Position numbers and translations under genes: made by a program
The notes under the pieces: generated by a model
Seen by the model: only the letters and a program-made list of their open reading frames with translations
Told to the model about the DNA's origin: nothing
The model's database searches: none
Assembly (NCBI GenBank): GCA_013203315.1
Contig: JABMQJ010000012.1
Location: forward strand, 1 to 64,000
Length of the DNA: 64,000 nt
Direction of reading: 5' to 3'
Source: Candidatus Omnitrophota bacterium
GTDB lineage: Bacteria; Omnitrophota; Gorgyraeia; JABMRN01; RBG-13-46-9
Shown here: in pieces, positions 49,503 to 58,505 of the stretch
Layout: every line of letters begins with the position of its first letter
Numbering within the stretch: position 1 is the stretch's first letter

Positions 49503-49605
49503 TGCTAAGTTTGGCTGGATTTTTGTTATAACCGAAATTGTGCTTCTTTATTTATTATTTCTGTATATACACCGGGTAGTAGAGAAGAAGCTCGGCAAGA
49601 AATAA
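49480..49605 (+). CDS. Putative 41-aa single-TM small protein
   Basis: GTG start after GAGGGTG; MDLRILASAKFGWIFVITEIVLLYLLFLYIHRVVEKKLGKK; fills the gap before a hairpin. Confidence 0.5.
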   Translation: MDLRILASAKFGWIFVITEIVLLYLLFLYIHRVVEKKLGKK

Positions 49606-49620
49606 GCCCGAAACTGTTGG

Positions 49621-49664
49621 ACCGTTTCCATATCGCAATGTCTATATGGAAACGGTATATTTTT
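49621..49664 (+). terminator. Putative intrinsic terminator
   Basis: Perfect 13-bp stem ACCGTTTCCATAT/ATATGGAAACGGT followed by ATATTTTT. Confidence 0.6.
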
Positions 49665-49678
49665 GTCCATTTTTTCCC

Positions 49679-49707
49679 TTGACAACACGACGGCAATATG
49701 GTATATT
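49679..49707 (+). promoter_or_regulatory. Sigma70-type promoter for rplM-rpsI
   Basis: TTGACA-17 bp-TATATT with extended -10 TG. Confidence 0.72.
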
Positions 49708-49728
49708 CTCGCTTCTATTGAGGTTAGC

Positions 49729-50157
49729 ATGAAAACTACATGTATAAGAAAAGAAGACGTAAAAAGGACATGGTTCATTGTCGATGCCAAGGATAAGGTT
49801 TTGGGCAGGCTTTCGACAAAAATCGCGTCCCTTTTAAAGGGAAAACACAAGGTTACCTATTCACCCCACGTAGACATGGGGGACGGGGTAGTTGTCATAA
49901 ATTCTGAAAAGATAAAGATTACCGGCAAAAAGCCGCAGGAAAAACTCTACAAAAATTTTTCAGGATACCCGGGCGGTTTGAGGCTTGAGAAGCTTGAAAG
50001 CCTTATCAAGAGAAGGCCGCATGAGGTATTGAGGCACGCGGTAAACGGTATGTTGCCGAAGAATAAAATCGGCAAAAAAATGATAAAAAGATTAAAGGTG
50101 TGCGTAGGCGATAAGCACCCGCACATGGCGCAGAAACCGAAGGAAATCGAGTTATAA
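49729..50157 (+). CDS. rplM: 50S ribosomal protein L13
   Basis: WFIVDA, LGRLST, GKHK, PHVDMGD, SGYPGG, GMLPKN; ATG 49729 after GAGG. Confidence 0.97.
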   Translation: MKTTCIRKEDVKRTWFIVDAKDKVLGRLSTKIASLLKGKHKVTYSPHVDMGDGVVVINSEKIKITGKKPQEKLYKNFSGYPGGLRLEKLESLIKRRPHEVLRHAVNGMLPKNKIGKKMIKRLKVCVGDKHPHMAQKPKEIEL

Positions 50158-50158
50158 A

Positions 50159-50584
50159 ATGGTAAAGCAAAAAGAAAAAGAAGTTAAAGAGACGAAGCCG
50201 AAGTATATAATGACGATCGGTCGGCGGAAAGAATCCACGGCGCGCATTTATTTACGCGAGGGTCAAGGTAAGATCAAGGTAAATAAACGCACGTTCGAAG
50301 ATTATTTTCCACGGGAATCACACAGGCTAATCATTAATCAGCCGATTAAGATCGGAGACCTTGAAAATAAGCTGGATATTATTGCGACGGTACGGGGCGG
50401 CGGCGTAAGCGGCCAAGCCGGAGCCGTTAGACACGGAATCGCAAGGGCTATCGTAAAGCTCGACGAGACAAAGAAGTCCGTAGTAAAAAAAGCAGGCTTT
50501 TTAACAAGGGATCCGAGAGCAAAAGAAAGAAAAAAATACGGAAGAAAACGCGCAAGAAAGAGATTCCAGTACTCGAAGCGCTAA
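50159..50584 (+). CDS. rpsI: 30S ribosomal protein S9
   Basis: [23 protein letters not shown]-terminal QYSKR. Confidence 0.98.
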   Translation: MVKQKEKEVKETKPKYIMTIGRRKESTARIYLREGQGKIKVNKRTFEDYFPRESHRLIINQPIKIGDLENKLDIIATVRGGGVSGQAGAVRHGIARAIVKLDETKKSVVKKAGFLTRDPRAKERKKYGRKRARKRFQYSKR

Positions 50585-50602
50585 TTTTATACGAAGCTGT
50601 AT

Positions 50603-50662
50603 AAAACCTATCCTGTCAGATTCTCGACGAGAAAAATGTTGACAGGGTAGGTTTTTTGTTTT
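50603..50662 (+). terminator. Intrinsic terminator after rpsI
   Basis: AAAACCTATCCTGTCA / TGACAGGGTAGGTTTT stem (one G-U pair), inner TTCTC/GAGAA stem, T-rich tail. Confidence 0.75.
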
Positions 50663-50667
50663 ATACT
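50639..50667 (+). promoter_or_regulatory. Sigma70-type promoter for the arg-lys operon, overlapping the terminator
   Basis: TTGACA-17 bp-TATACT. Confidence 0.68.
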
Positions 50668-50729
50668 GACGAGATATGTAGTATTATGATTATATGATAT
50701 GTACTGTGGAATAGTTGAAAGGGTCCAAA

Positions 50730-51749
50730 ATGCTAAAAGTAGGTGTAATAGGGGCAACAGGATATACGGGCGAAGAGGTTGTAAGGATTCTCGCAGGGCA
50801 CAAGGATGTCAGGATAACCGTCTTGCAGGCCGTTATTGAAAAAGAAGAGCCGATATCTTCAATATTTCCTTCGCTAAAGGGAAAAGTTGACCTTGTGTGC
50901 GAGAAACCTAACACCGAAATTGCAATAAAAGAAGCGGACTTGATATTCTTGGCGCTTCCGCACACTGTTTCCATGAAACTGGCACCGAAATTTCTCAATG
51001 CAGGAAAAAGAGTTATAGATTTAAGCGCTGATTATAGACTGGATGTAAAAGAGTACGAAAAGTGGTACGGCACTAAGCACACAGACCCGGCGAATATCGA
51101 AAAAGCTGTATACGGCATGCCGGAGCTTTTTAGAGACAAGGTAAAAAAAGCAAATTTCATAGCAAATCCCGGCTGTTATCCGACATCTGTGATATTAAGC
51201 GTTGCGCCGCTTCTGGAAAAAGGCTTAATTCATTCGGATCATATAATATGCGATTCAAAAAGCGGAATTACAGGTGCTGGGAGGTCGCCCGGATGGAATT
51301 TGGAGAATCCAAACATAAAGGGTAATTTTAAGGCTTATAAGGCGCTCAAACACCAGCATTCGCCGGAGATGGAACATATACTTAGCAAGGTTTCCAAAAA
51401 GAAAGTAGGGGTTGCATTTGTTCCGCATCTATTGCCTCTGGAAAGAGGCATTCTTTCAACGATATATATGAAAACCAGAGAAAAATTAACATATGAAAAG
51501 ATTGCGAAGGTTTACGAAGAGAAATATAAGGATTGCCCTTTTGTAAGAATAAAGGAAAAAGGAGAATTTCCCCAGTTAAAAGAAGTAGCCTTCACTAACT
51601 TCTTTGATGTGGGATTCGCCGTAGATACTGCCGGAAAACTGATAGTGGCAGTCGCCGCTATCGATAACCTCCTTAAGGGGGCTGCCGGCCAGGCCGTGCA
51701 GAACATGAACGTGATGTACGGTTTTGACGAAGGAGAAGGGCTATTGTGA
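50730..51749 (+). CDS. argC: N-acetyl-gamma-glutamyl-phosphate reductase
   Basis: GATGYTG, DLSADYR, ANPGCYPT, SGITGAGR, DNLLKGAAGQA. Confidence 0.97.
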   Translation: MLKVGVIGATGYTGEEVVRILAGHKDVRITVLQAVIEKEEPISSIFPSLKGKVDLVCEKPNTEIAIKEADLIFLALPHTVSMKLAPKFLNAGKRVIDLSADYRLDVKEYEKWYGTKHTDPANIEKAVYGMPELFRDKVKKANFIANPGCYPTSVILSVAPLLEKGLIHSDHIICDSKSGITGAGRSPGWNLENPNIKGNFKAYKALKHQHSPEMEHILSKVSKKKVGVAFVPHLLPLERGILSTIYMKTREKLTYEKIAKVYEEKYKDCPFVRIKEKGEFPQLKEVAFTNFFDVGFAVDTAGKLIVAVAAIDNLLKGAAGQAVQNMNVMYGFDEGEGLL

Positions 51750-52936
51750 AGTATATATTGCCAAAAGGGTTTCAGGCAAGCGGGACGCATTGCGGCATAA
51801 AAAGGTTTAAAAAAGACCTTGCCCTAATATATTCAAAGACAGGATGCAAGGCGGTGGGTGTTTTTACGAAAAATAAGGTTAAGGCAGCCCCGCTTGTTGT
51901 TTCAAAGTCTATTCTTAAAAGGGGCGCTCCGATCAGGGCTATCGTTATAAATAGCGGAAATGCCAATTGTTGCACGGGTTGGTATGGCACAAGGGATGCA
52001 AATAGGATGATCGGCGCTGTATGCAAAAATATGCAATTAAAGTTTAATAACGTGCTTGTGTCTTCTACGGGAATTATAGGAAAGAGGCTGCCGATAGATT
52101 TGATAGAGGCAAGTACTCCGAAGCTCGTAAAACTTCTTTCGGAAAAAGGCCTCTTGGGCGTTGCCAAGGCCATATTGACCACGGATAAGAAGACAAAAAT
52201 CAGCGTTGAAAAGTTTAATGTCGGAAAGAAAGAAGTGATCGTAACCGGCATAGCAAAGGGCGCCGGCATGATAGAGCCAAACATGGGGACCATGCTTTCG
52301 TTTATAATGACCGACGCCAAGATAGATAAGGATGCCCTGAAGTTCGCCTTAAGGGAGGCGTGCGACAAATCCTTCAACTCGATAACGATTGACGGAGATA
52401 TGAGCACAAATGATACAGTGCTTCTTCTGGCTAATGGTTTGGCGAACAATAAAACAATCAAAAGAGGCACTAAAGAATACAAAGCGTTTCTTAAAGTCTT
52501 GAAAAATGTGGCATTCAAATTAGCCAAGAATATTATTGAAGACGGTGAAGGCGCTACAAAATTTGTAACAGTTTATGTTGAAAATGCCAGAACCACAACC
52601 GATGCCTACAAGGTCGCAAAGGCCATAGCGAATTCGTGCCTTGTAAAAACAAGCATTCATGGCGAAAACCCGAACTGGGGGAGGGTCGCCTCCAGCGTGG
52701 GCGCAAGCGGTGTCGGCGGAATAAAACCGAATAGATTCGAAATCTACTTAGATGGTGTTCTTGTTTTTAAAGGCGGCAAGTTTACGATGCCGTCTAGTAA
52801 GAGATTCTATAAGATTTACAAGAGAAAAAACGTAGAAATAACGGTAAATCTTAATCTTGGTAAAAAAGATGCCGTGATGTGGACCTGCGATTTGTCGAAA
52901 CGTTATGTGGAGATAAACTCGCATTACATGACTTAG
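51746..52936 (+). CDS. argJ: Ornithine acetyltransferase / N-acetylglutamate synthase
   Basis: NSGNAN, STGIIG, KGAGMIEPNMGT, DGDMSTND, DGEGATK, NWGRV. Confidence 0.96.
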   Translation: MKYILPKGFQASGTHCGIKRFKKDLALIYSKTGCKAVGVFTKNKVKAAPLVVSKSILKRGAPIRAIVINSGNANCCTGWYGTRDANRMIGAVCKNMQLKFNNVLVSSTGIIGKRLPIDLIEASTPKLVKLLSEKGLLGVAKAILTTDKKTKISVEKFNVGKKEVIVTGIAKGAGMIEPNMGTMLSFIMTDAKIDKDALKFALREACDKSFNSITIDGDMSTNDTVLLLANGLANNKTIKRGTKEYKAFLKVLKNVAFKLAKNIIEDGEGATKFVTVYVENARTTTDAYKVAKAIANSCLVKTSIHGENPNWGRVASSVGASGVGGIKPNRFEIYLDGVLVFKGGKFTMPSSKRFYKIYKRKNVEITVNLNLGKKDAVMWTCDLSKRYVEINSHYMT

Positions 52937-52943
52937 GAGAAAA

Positions 52944-53831
52944 ATGGAAGAAGCGATAAAAAAGAGTGAAGTCCTGATAGAGGCATTGCCTTACATCAAG
53001 AAGTTTTTTCATAAAATTTTTGTCATAAAATTCGGCGGTTCAGCACTCTCGGACGCTGCCCTGCGAAAAAGCGTCCTCGAGGACATAGTGTTCATGCATT
53101 ACGCCGGAATGAGGCCGGTTCTCGTTCACGGTGGCGGGCCGCACATAAGCGAGAAGATGAGAGAGGCCAAAAAAAGACCAAAATTCGTTGACGGATTCAG
53201 GGTTACAGATAAAAAGACAATGGAGATCGTCGATGATGCCCTTAACGACCTTAACGCCATGCTCGTAGAGGAGATCAAAAAAATGGGTGCCGAGGCGTTT
53301 GGTTTGAGCGGCAAGGAAAATAAGCTTATTCAGGCAAAAAAGATGGAGCACAAGGAAGACATTGGTTTCGCCGGGGCGGTAGAATCCGTTGATACAACTG
53401 TTCTTGAAAAACTGATGGAGGCTAATATTATCCCGGTTATTTCCCCTGTTGGTATTGGCCGAGATACTGAGCTTTATAACGTCAATGCGGATGAAGTCGC
53501 AAGTAACATAGCCATGGCCTTCAAGGCGGAAAAACTTTTTATCCTTACAAACGTAAGGGGAATCATGAGGGAAATAGGGAACCCCGACACTCTCTATAGG
53601 TCGTTATCGCTGGCGGACGTGGACATTCTGGGTGAGAAAAAAATTATTTCCCAGGGTATGATCCCGAAGACAAGGGCCTGTACGAAGGCCTTGGAGGGCA
53701 AGGTAAAGAAGGCGCACATAATTGACAGTAACATACCACACGCATTACTTTTGGAAATTTTTACAGATAAAGGAATCGGAACGGAAATTATAAAATTAGG
53801 CAGAAGAACGAAAGCGACTGAGGGGATATGA
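52944..53831 (+). CDS. argB: Acetylglutamate kinase
   Basis: EALPYI, IKFGG, HGGGP, GFRVTD, NVNAD, GMIPK. Confidence 0.97.
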   Translation: MEEAIKKSEVLIEALPYIKKFFHKIFVIKFGGSALSDAALRKSVLEDIVFMHYAGMRPVLVHGGGPHISEKMREAKKRPKFVDGFRVTDKKTMEIVDDALNDLNAMLVEEIKKMGAEAFGLSGKENKLIQAKKMEHKEDIGFAGAVESVDTTVLEKLMEANIIPVISPVGIGRDTELYNVNADEVASNIAMAFKAEKLFILTNVRGIMREIGNPDTLYRSLSLADVDILGEKKIISQGMIPKTRACTKALEGKVKKAHIIDSNIPHALLLEIFTDKGIGTEIIKLGRRTKATEGI

Positions 53832-55006
53832 ACACGCAAGGCGTAGAAAATTTATACGATAAATACGTGATGAAGACCTACACGAGGGTGCCGCTTGTTT
53901 TCGCGAAAGCAAAGGGCGCGCTTGTGGAGGACATAGAAGGGAAGAAATACCTCGACTTTTTCCCGGGTTGGGCAGTAAGCGGGATAGGTCATTGTCACCC
54001 GAGAGTTGCAAGCGCGGTCGCCAAGCAGGTAAAAAAACTCGTGCACGTTTCGAACAATTATTATAGCGAGCTCCAGGGCAGGCTTGCGAAAAAAATTATC
54101 GAACATTCTTTCCCGGGAAAAGTGTTTTTTGGTAACTCCGGGGCCGAGGCGAACGAAGGCGCAGTTAAGCTCGCCAGAAAATACGGCCATGAAAAGGGGA
54201 GATTTGAAGTCATAACCATGAATAAGTCGTTTCACGGAAGAACCCTCGCCATGATAGCGGCAACGGGCCAGGATAAGGTGAAGCACGGCTTTGAACCCAT
54301 GCCTCAAGGGTTTGTTCACGTTCCATTCGGTGACATAGAGGCTTTGGAAAAGGCCATAAATGAGAAAACAGCCGCGGTAATGCTTGAGTTAATTCAATGC
54401 GAAGGCGGTATCAATGTCGCAAGAAAAGAGTATGTAGAAAAAATAAGAGAAATTTGCGACAAAAATGACATAGTTCTTATTGTTGACGAAGTGCAGACAG
54501 GCATGGGTAGAACCGGAAAGATGTTTTGCTACCAGAACTATGGTATTGAGCCTGACGTCATGACGCTGGCCAAGGCGCTCGGCGGCGGCCTTCCGATAGG
54601 CGTCATAGTAGCCAATGCCAAGTTTAAGGACGTTTTGTTGCCCGGCAATCACGCCTCGACTTTCGGCGGGAGCCCGATTGTGTGCGCGGCAGCTTTAGGA
54701 GTTTTTGAAGCCATAGAAAAGGATAGATTACTGCAGAATGCCGTGAAGCAGGGAAAGTATTTAGCCAAAAAGCTTGAGCTTCTCAAAAAGAAAAACAAGC
54801 TCATCAAAGAAATAAAAGGCATGGCCCTTACAATCGGCGTTGTGTTGGGCGTGGACGGCGAAGGGGTATATAGGAAAGCCTTGGAAAACGGCTTACTGAT
54901 AAACTGCACGCAAAAAAATATTTTAAGAATCATGCCGCCGCTTACGGTTACGAAAGCGCAGATTGACAAAGCAGTAGGCATATTGGAAAAGATTCTGGAA
55001 GGATAA
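53828..55006 (+). CDS. argD: Acetylornithine aminotransferase
   Basis: NSGAEANE, FHGRT, DEVQTGMGRTG, AKALGGG, HASTFGG; arg operon context. Confidence 0.94.
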   Translation: MNTQGVENLYDKYVMKTYTRVPLVFAKAKGALVEDIEGKKYLDFFPGWAVSGIGHCHPRVASAVAKQVKKLVHVSNNYYSELQGRLAKKIIEHSFPGKVFFGNSGAEANEGAVKLARKYGHEKGRFEVITMNKSFHGRTLAMIAATGQDKVKHGFEPMPQGFVHVPFGDIEALEKAINEKTAAVMLELIQCEGGINVARKEYVEKIREICDKNDIVLIVDEVQTGMGRTGKMFCYQNYGIEPDVMTLAKALGGGLPIGVIVANAKFKDVLLPGNHASTFGGSPIVCAAALGVFEAIEKDRLLQNAVKQGKYLAKKLELLKKKNKLIKEIKGMALTIGVVLGVDGEGVYRKALENGLLINCTQKNILRIMPPLTVTKAQIDKAVGILEKILEG

Positions 55007-55010
55007 GAAA

Positions 55011-55928
55011 ATGGCTAAAAGAGATTTTATATCAATAACAGATTTAAGAAAACCCGAGATCCTTGGAATTTTTAAACAGGCAAAAGTCTTTAAAAAGAAA
55101 CCTTTTTCAAAAAGGGATGCTTTGGCGTCCAAGTCGATAGCGCTTGTTTTTCAAAAGCCGTCGAACAGAACCAGGGTTTCTTTCGAAGTGGGAATTTTTG
55201 ACCTCGGGGGGCATGCCACTTATCTGGGCCCGGAAGAACTAAAATTAGGCGTTAGAGAATCGGTAAAGGATGCTGCCAAGGTCCTGTCAAGGTACCTGGA
55301 CGGTATAGTGGCGAGAACTTTCAGCCATGAAGATATGCTTCTCATGGCGAAGTTTTCGACAATCCCCATTATAAACGGCTTAAGTGACTTGCTTCACCCG
55401 TGCCAGGGTTTGAGCGACCTTTTCACGATTGATGAAAAATTTGGCAAAAGTGATATCAAGATATCATTTGTAGGCGACGGAAACAATGTTCTGCATTCCC
55501 TTCTATTGGGTTGTAGCGTGCTAGGAAGGGACATACATGTAGCAACCCCGGCAGGACAGGGACCCAACGCCGAAGTTTTAGAGAAAGCAAAAAGCGAAGC
55601 AGCTAAAAGCGGATCAAAAATAGAATTAACTAACGACCCCGTAGAATGCGTTAAGGGTGCGGACGTGGTTTATACCGATGTATGGGTTAGTATGGGGCAG
55701 GAAAGAGAGAAGCAAAAAAGGTTAAGCGCATTTAGCGGCTTTCAGGTAAATAAGGAACTTCTCTCGCACGCGAAAAAAAACGTGCTTGTTATGCATTGTC
55801 TCCCTGCTCATAGAGGCGAGGAGATAACGGATGCTGTTTTGGACGGGAAAAATTCCATTGTCTATGATCAGGCGGAAAATAGATTACACGTACAGAAGGC
55901 GATTTTACTTAAGCTTTTGGGAGGATAG
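55011..55928 (+). CDS. argF: Ornithine carbamoyltransferase
   Basis: SNRTR, HPCQ, GDGNNV, DVWVSMG, HCLP, QAENR. Confidence 0.96.
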   Translation: MAKRDFISITDLRKPEILGIFKQAKVFKKKPFSKRDALASKSIALVFQKPSNRTRVSFEVGIFDLGGHATYLGPEELKLGVRESVKDAAKVLSRYLDGIVARTFSHEDMLLMAKFSTIPIINGLSDLLHPCQGLSDLFTIDEKFGKSDIKISFVGDGNNVLHSLLLGCSVLGRDIHVATPAGQGPNAEVLEKAKSEAAKSGSKIELTNDPVECVKGADVVYTDVWVSMGQEREKQKRLSAFSGFQVNKELLSHAKKNVLVMHCLPAHRGEEITDAVLDGKNSIVYDQAENRLHVQKAILLKLLGG

Positions 55929-55930
55929 AA

Positions 55931-57106
55931 ATGTCGAAAAAAGTAATACTTGCGTATTCCGGCGGGCTTGACACGTCTTGCGCCGTAAAATGGTTAAAAG
56001 AGAAGGGCTTTAACGTCATCTGCTATCTGGCTGACGTGGGCCAGGGCCAGAATTTCCAGACGGTAAAGACCAGAGCCATGAAAACCGGTGCCAGCAAAGT
56101 GATCGTGGGTAATTTAAAAAAAGAGTTTGTCGAAGACTTTATATGGCCGAGCCTTAAGGCTAACGCCGTTTATGAGTCAAAGTATTTTCTTGCGACAGCG
56201 CTTTCGAGGCCCATCATCGCAAAGGAACTTGTTGAAGTGGCGCATAAAGAAAAAGCAAGCTACGTCGCACACGGATGTACGGGCAAGGGTAATGATCAAG
56301 TAAGGTTTGAGGTCACTTTCGCCGCGCTGGATTCTAAGCTTAAAACGATTGCGCCCCTCAGGGAATGGGACCTTCCTACAAGGGAAGCTGAAATAAGATA
56401 TGCGAAGGTTCATAAGATTCCGATAGACGTTACAAAGAAAAAACCGTATAGCATAGATAAAAATCTCTGGGGCATAAGCATAGAAAGCGGAAATCTTGAG
56501 GACCCGTGGTTTGAGCCTACCGAGGACGCTTATCAGATGACCAGGGCTATCGTCAAATCACCCAATAAGCCGTGTTATCTTAAGATTGACTTCAAGAAAG
56601 GCATTCCTACTAAAATAAACGGTAAAAAACTGGATGGGATAAAACTAATCGGCAAGCTAAACGAAATAGGCGGGAGATATTCGATCGGAAGGTCTGACTT
56701 AATAGAGAATAGGTTAGTCGGTATTAAATCCAGGGAAATTTATGAAGCACCTGCCGCGAAAATACTTTTTGAAGCGCACAAAGCGCTGGAAAGCCTGGTA
56801 CTTGACAGGGAAACGCTTCATTTTAAGGAAGTGGTTGGCCTTAAATATTCGAGGCTCGTATACGACGGTCTTTGGTACACGCCGTTAAAGGGGGCGATAG
56901 ATAAATTTGTGGACAGTACCCAGGAGCCCGTAGAAGGTACGATAAACCTGAAGCTCTTTAAGGGTAATGTAATAATAGTCGGTAGAAAATCACCGAAGTC
57001 ACTTTATAAAAAAGAGCTTGCTACTTACGGCAAGGGCGATAAGTTCGACCAGGGCCTGGCGAAAGGCTTTATCGAGCTCTTCGGTTTGCCTTACAAAAAG
57101 GGGTAA
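55931..57106 (+). CDS. argG: Argininosuccinate synthase
   Basis: AYSGGLDTS, HGCTGKGNDQVRF, ENRLVGIKSREIYE. Confidence 0.98.
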   Translation: MSKKVILAYSGGLDTSCAVKWLKEKGFNVICYLADVGQGQNFQTVKTRAMKTGASKVIVGNLKKEFVEDFIWPSLKANAVYESKYFLATALSRPIIAKELVEVAHKEKASYVAHGCTGKGNDQVRFEVTFAALDSKLKTIAPLREWDLPTREAEIRYAKVHKIPIDVTKKKPYSIDKNLWGISIESGNLEDPWFEPTEDAYQMTRAIVKSPNKPCYLKIDFKKGIPTKINGKKLDGIKLIGKLNEIGGRYSIGRSDLIENRLVGIKSREIYEAPAAKILFEAHKALESLVLDRETLHFKEVVGLKYSRLVYDGLWYTPLKGAIDKFVDSTQEPVEGTINLKLFKGNVIIVGRKSPKSLYKKELATYGKGDKFDQGLAKGFIELFGLPYKKG

Positions 57107-57116
57107 GGGGTAATTT

Positions 57117-58496
57117 ATGGCCAAGAAATTATGGGGCGGAAGATTTAATAAGGCACTTGCAAAAGATGTTCTATCTTTTACCTCGAGCATCAATATAGAC
57201 AAGACGCTTGCGATATACGATTGCCTGGGGTCGATAGCGCATGCCAAAATGCTCGGCAAGGCAAAGATAATACCGGCAAAAGACGCAAAGAAAATCGTAA
57301 AGGGCCTTAAATCTATTCTAACGTCGCTTAAAAAAGGAACCTTTAAGGTAGATAAAGGCTTTGAGGACATCCATTCCAATATTCAGTACGTACTTACGAA
57401 AAAGATCGGTAAGACAGCCGGTAGATTGCATACGGCGCGTTCCAGGAATGACCAGGTAGTGACGGATACGAGAATGTATTGCAAGGACACGATAGATGCG
57501 CTTATCAGATCAATCACATTACTTCAGAAGTCTGTGCTCGGTGCCGCGAAAAAATATGTTACGCTTGTTATCCCCGGGTATACGCATCTTGAGCATGCGC
57601 AACCCGTGCTTTTTTCGCACCTATTGCTTGCGTACATTGAAATGCTGGAAAGGGACAAAGAAAGACTGGAAGATACCAGAAAGAGAATAGACGTTTTAGT
57701 CCTGGGAAGCGGAGCCTTGACCGGCACGACGCTCCCGATAGATAGAAACTATGTAAAAAAACTTTTAGGGTTTAAATATCTGTCTAGAAACAGCATAGAT
57801 GCGGTAAGCGACAGGGACTTTATAGTCGAATTTTTAGGCGCACTCTCTATCATATCGATGCACCTTTCGAGGATTGCCGAAGATATGATTCTCTATGGAA
57901 CAAAAGAATTCGACCTGATCGAAATAGATGAAAGATTCTGCACGGGCAGTTCTCTTATGCCGCAGAAGAAAAATCCGGATGTTTTGGAGCTTATAAGAGG
58001 TAAAACAAGCCAGATATACGGAAGCCTCGTGAGCGTGCTTGGCATGCTAAAAGGTTTGCCGCTATCTTACAACAGGGACTTGCAGCTCGATAAAGAGCCG
58101 TTATTTAGTTCGATCGAAACAATAAACGAGGAGTTAAAGCTTTTGGCAGGCCTTTTCGCGAGCATAAAAATAAATAAGAAAAACGCAGGCAAGGCATTGA
58201 AGGATGAGACAATCTTTGCAACTGACATAGCCGAATATTTGGTAGGGAAGGGGATAGCTTTCAGGGACGCCCATGACATTACGGGAAAACTTGTAAAATA
58301 TTGCGAGAAACATAATAAAAATATTTCTACACTTGACATAAAGGAGCTTAATAAATTTTCGAAATGCTTTAAAAAAGATATTTTTGCAAGGCTAAATCCG
58401 GAATCTTCCGTAAGGCTTAAAAAGTCTATCGGAAGCACGAATCCGGTGTTTGTAAAAAAGCAAATTAAAAATTGGAATAAAATTTTAAAAGTCTAA
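57117..58496 (+). CDS. argH: Argininosuccinate lyase
   Basis: LWGGRF, HTARSRNDQ, GSSLMPQKKNPD, YNRDLQ. Confidence 0.98.
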   Translation: MAKKLWGGRFNKALAKDVLSFTSSINIDKTLAIYDCLGSIAHAKMLGKAKIIPAKDAKKIVKGLKSILTSLKKGTFKVDKGFEDIHSNIQYVLTKKIGKTAGRLHTARSRNDQVVTDTRMYCKDTIDALIRSITLLQKSVLGAAKKYVTLVIPGYTHLEHAQPVLFSHLLLAYIEMLERDKERLEDTRKRIDVLVLGSGALTGTTLPIDRNYVKKLLGFKYLSRNSIDAVSDRDFIVEFLGALSIISMHLSRIAEDMILYGTKEFDLIEIDERFCTGSSLMPQKKNPDVLELIRGKTSQIYGSLVSVLGMLKGLPLSYNRDLQLDKEPLFSSIETINEELKLLAGLFASIKINKKNAGKALKDETIFATDIAEYLVGKGIAFRDAHDITGKLVKYCEKHNKNISTLDIKELNKFSKCFKKDIFARLNPESSVRLKKSIGSTNPVFVKKQIKNWNKILKV

Positions 58497-58505
58497 GGGA
58501 GAATT

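Noticed and set aside
49663-49728. TTG-start extension of rplM
   Set aside because: It spans the promoter; ATG 49729 has an RBS and gives the normal 142-aa L13.
50670-50710. ARG boxes upstream of argC
   Set aside because: GATATGTA and TATGAT repeats are present but do not fit the TGAAT-n-ATTCA palindrome; they may be AT-rich noise.
51772-52527. 251-aa minus-strand ORF and the many other short antisense ORFs
   Set aside because: They are shadows of well-supported plus-strand housekeeping genes and carry no motifs of their own.
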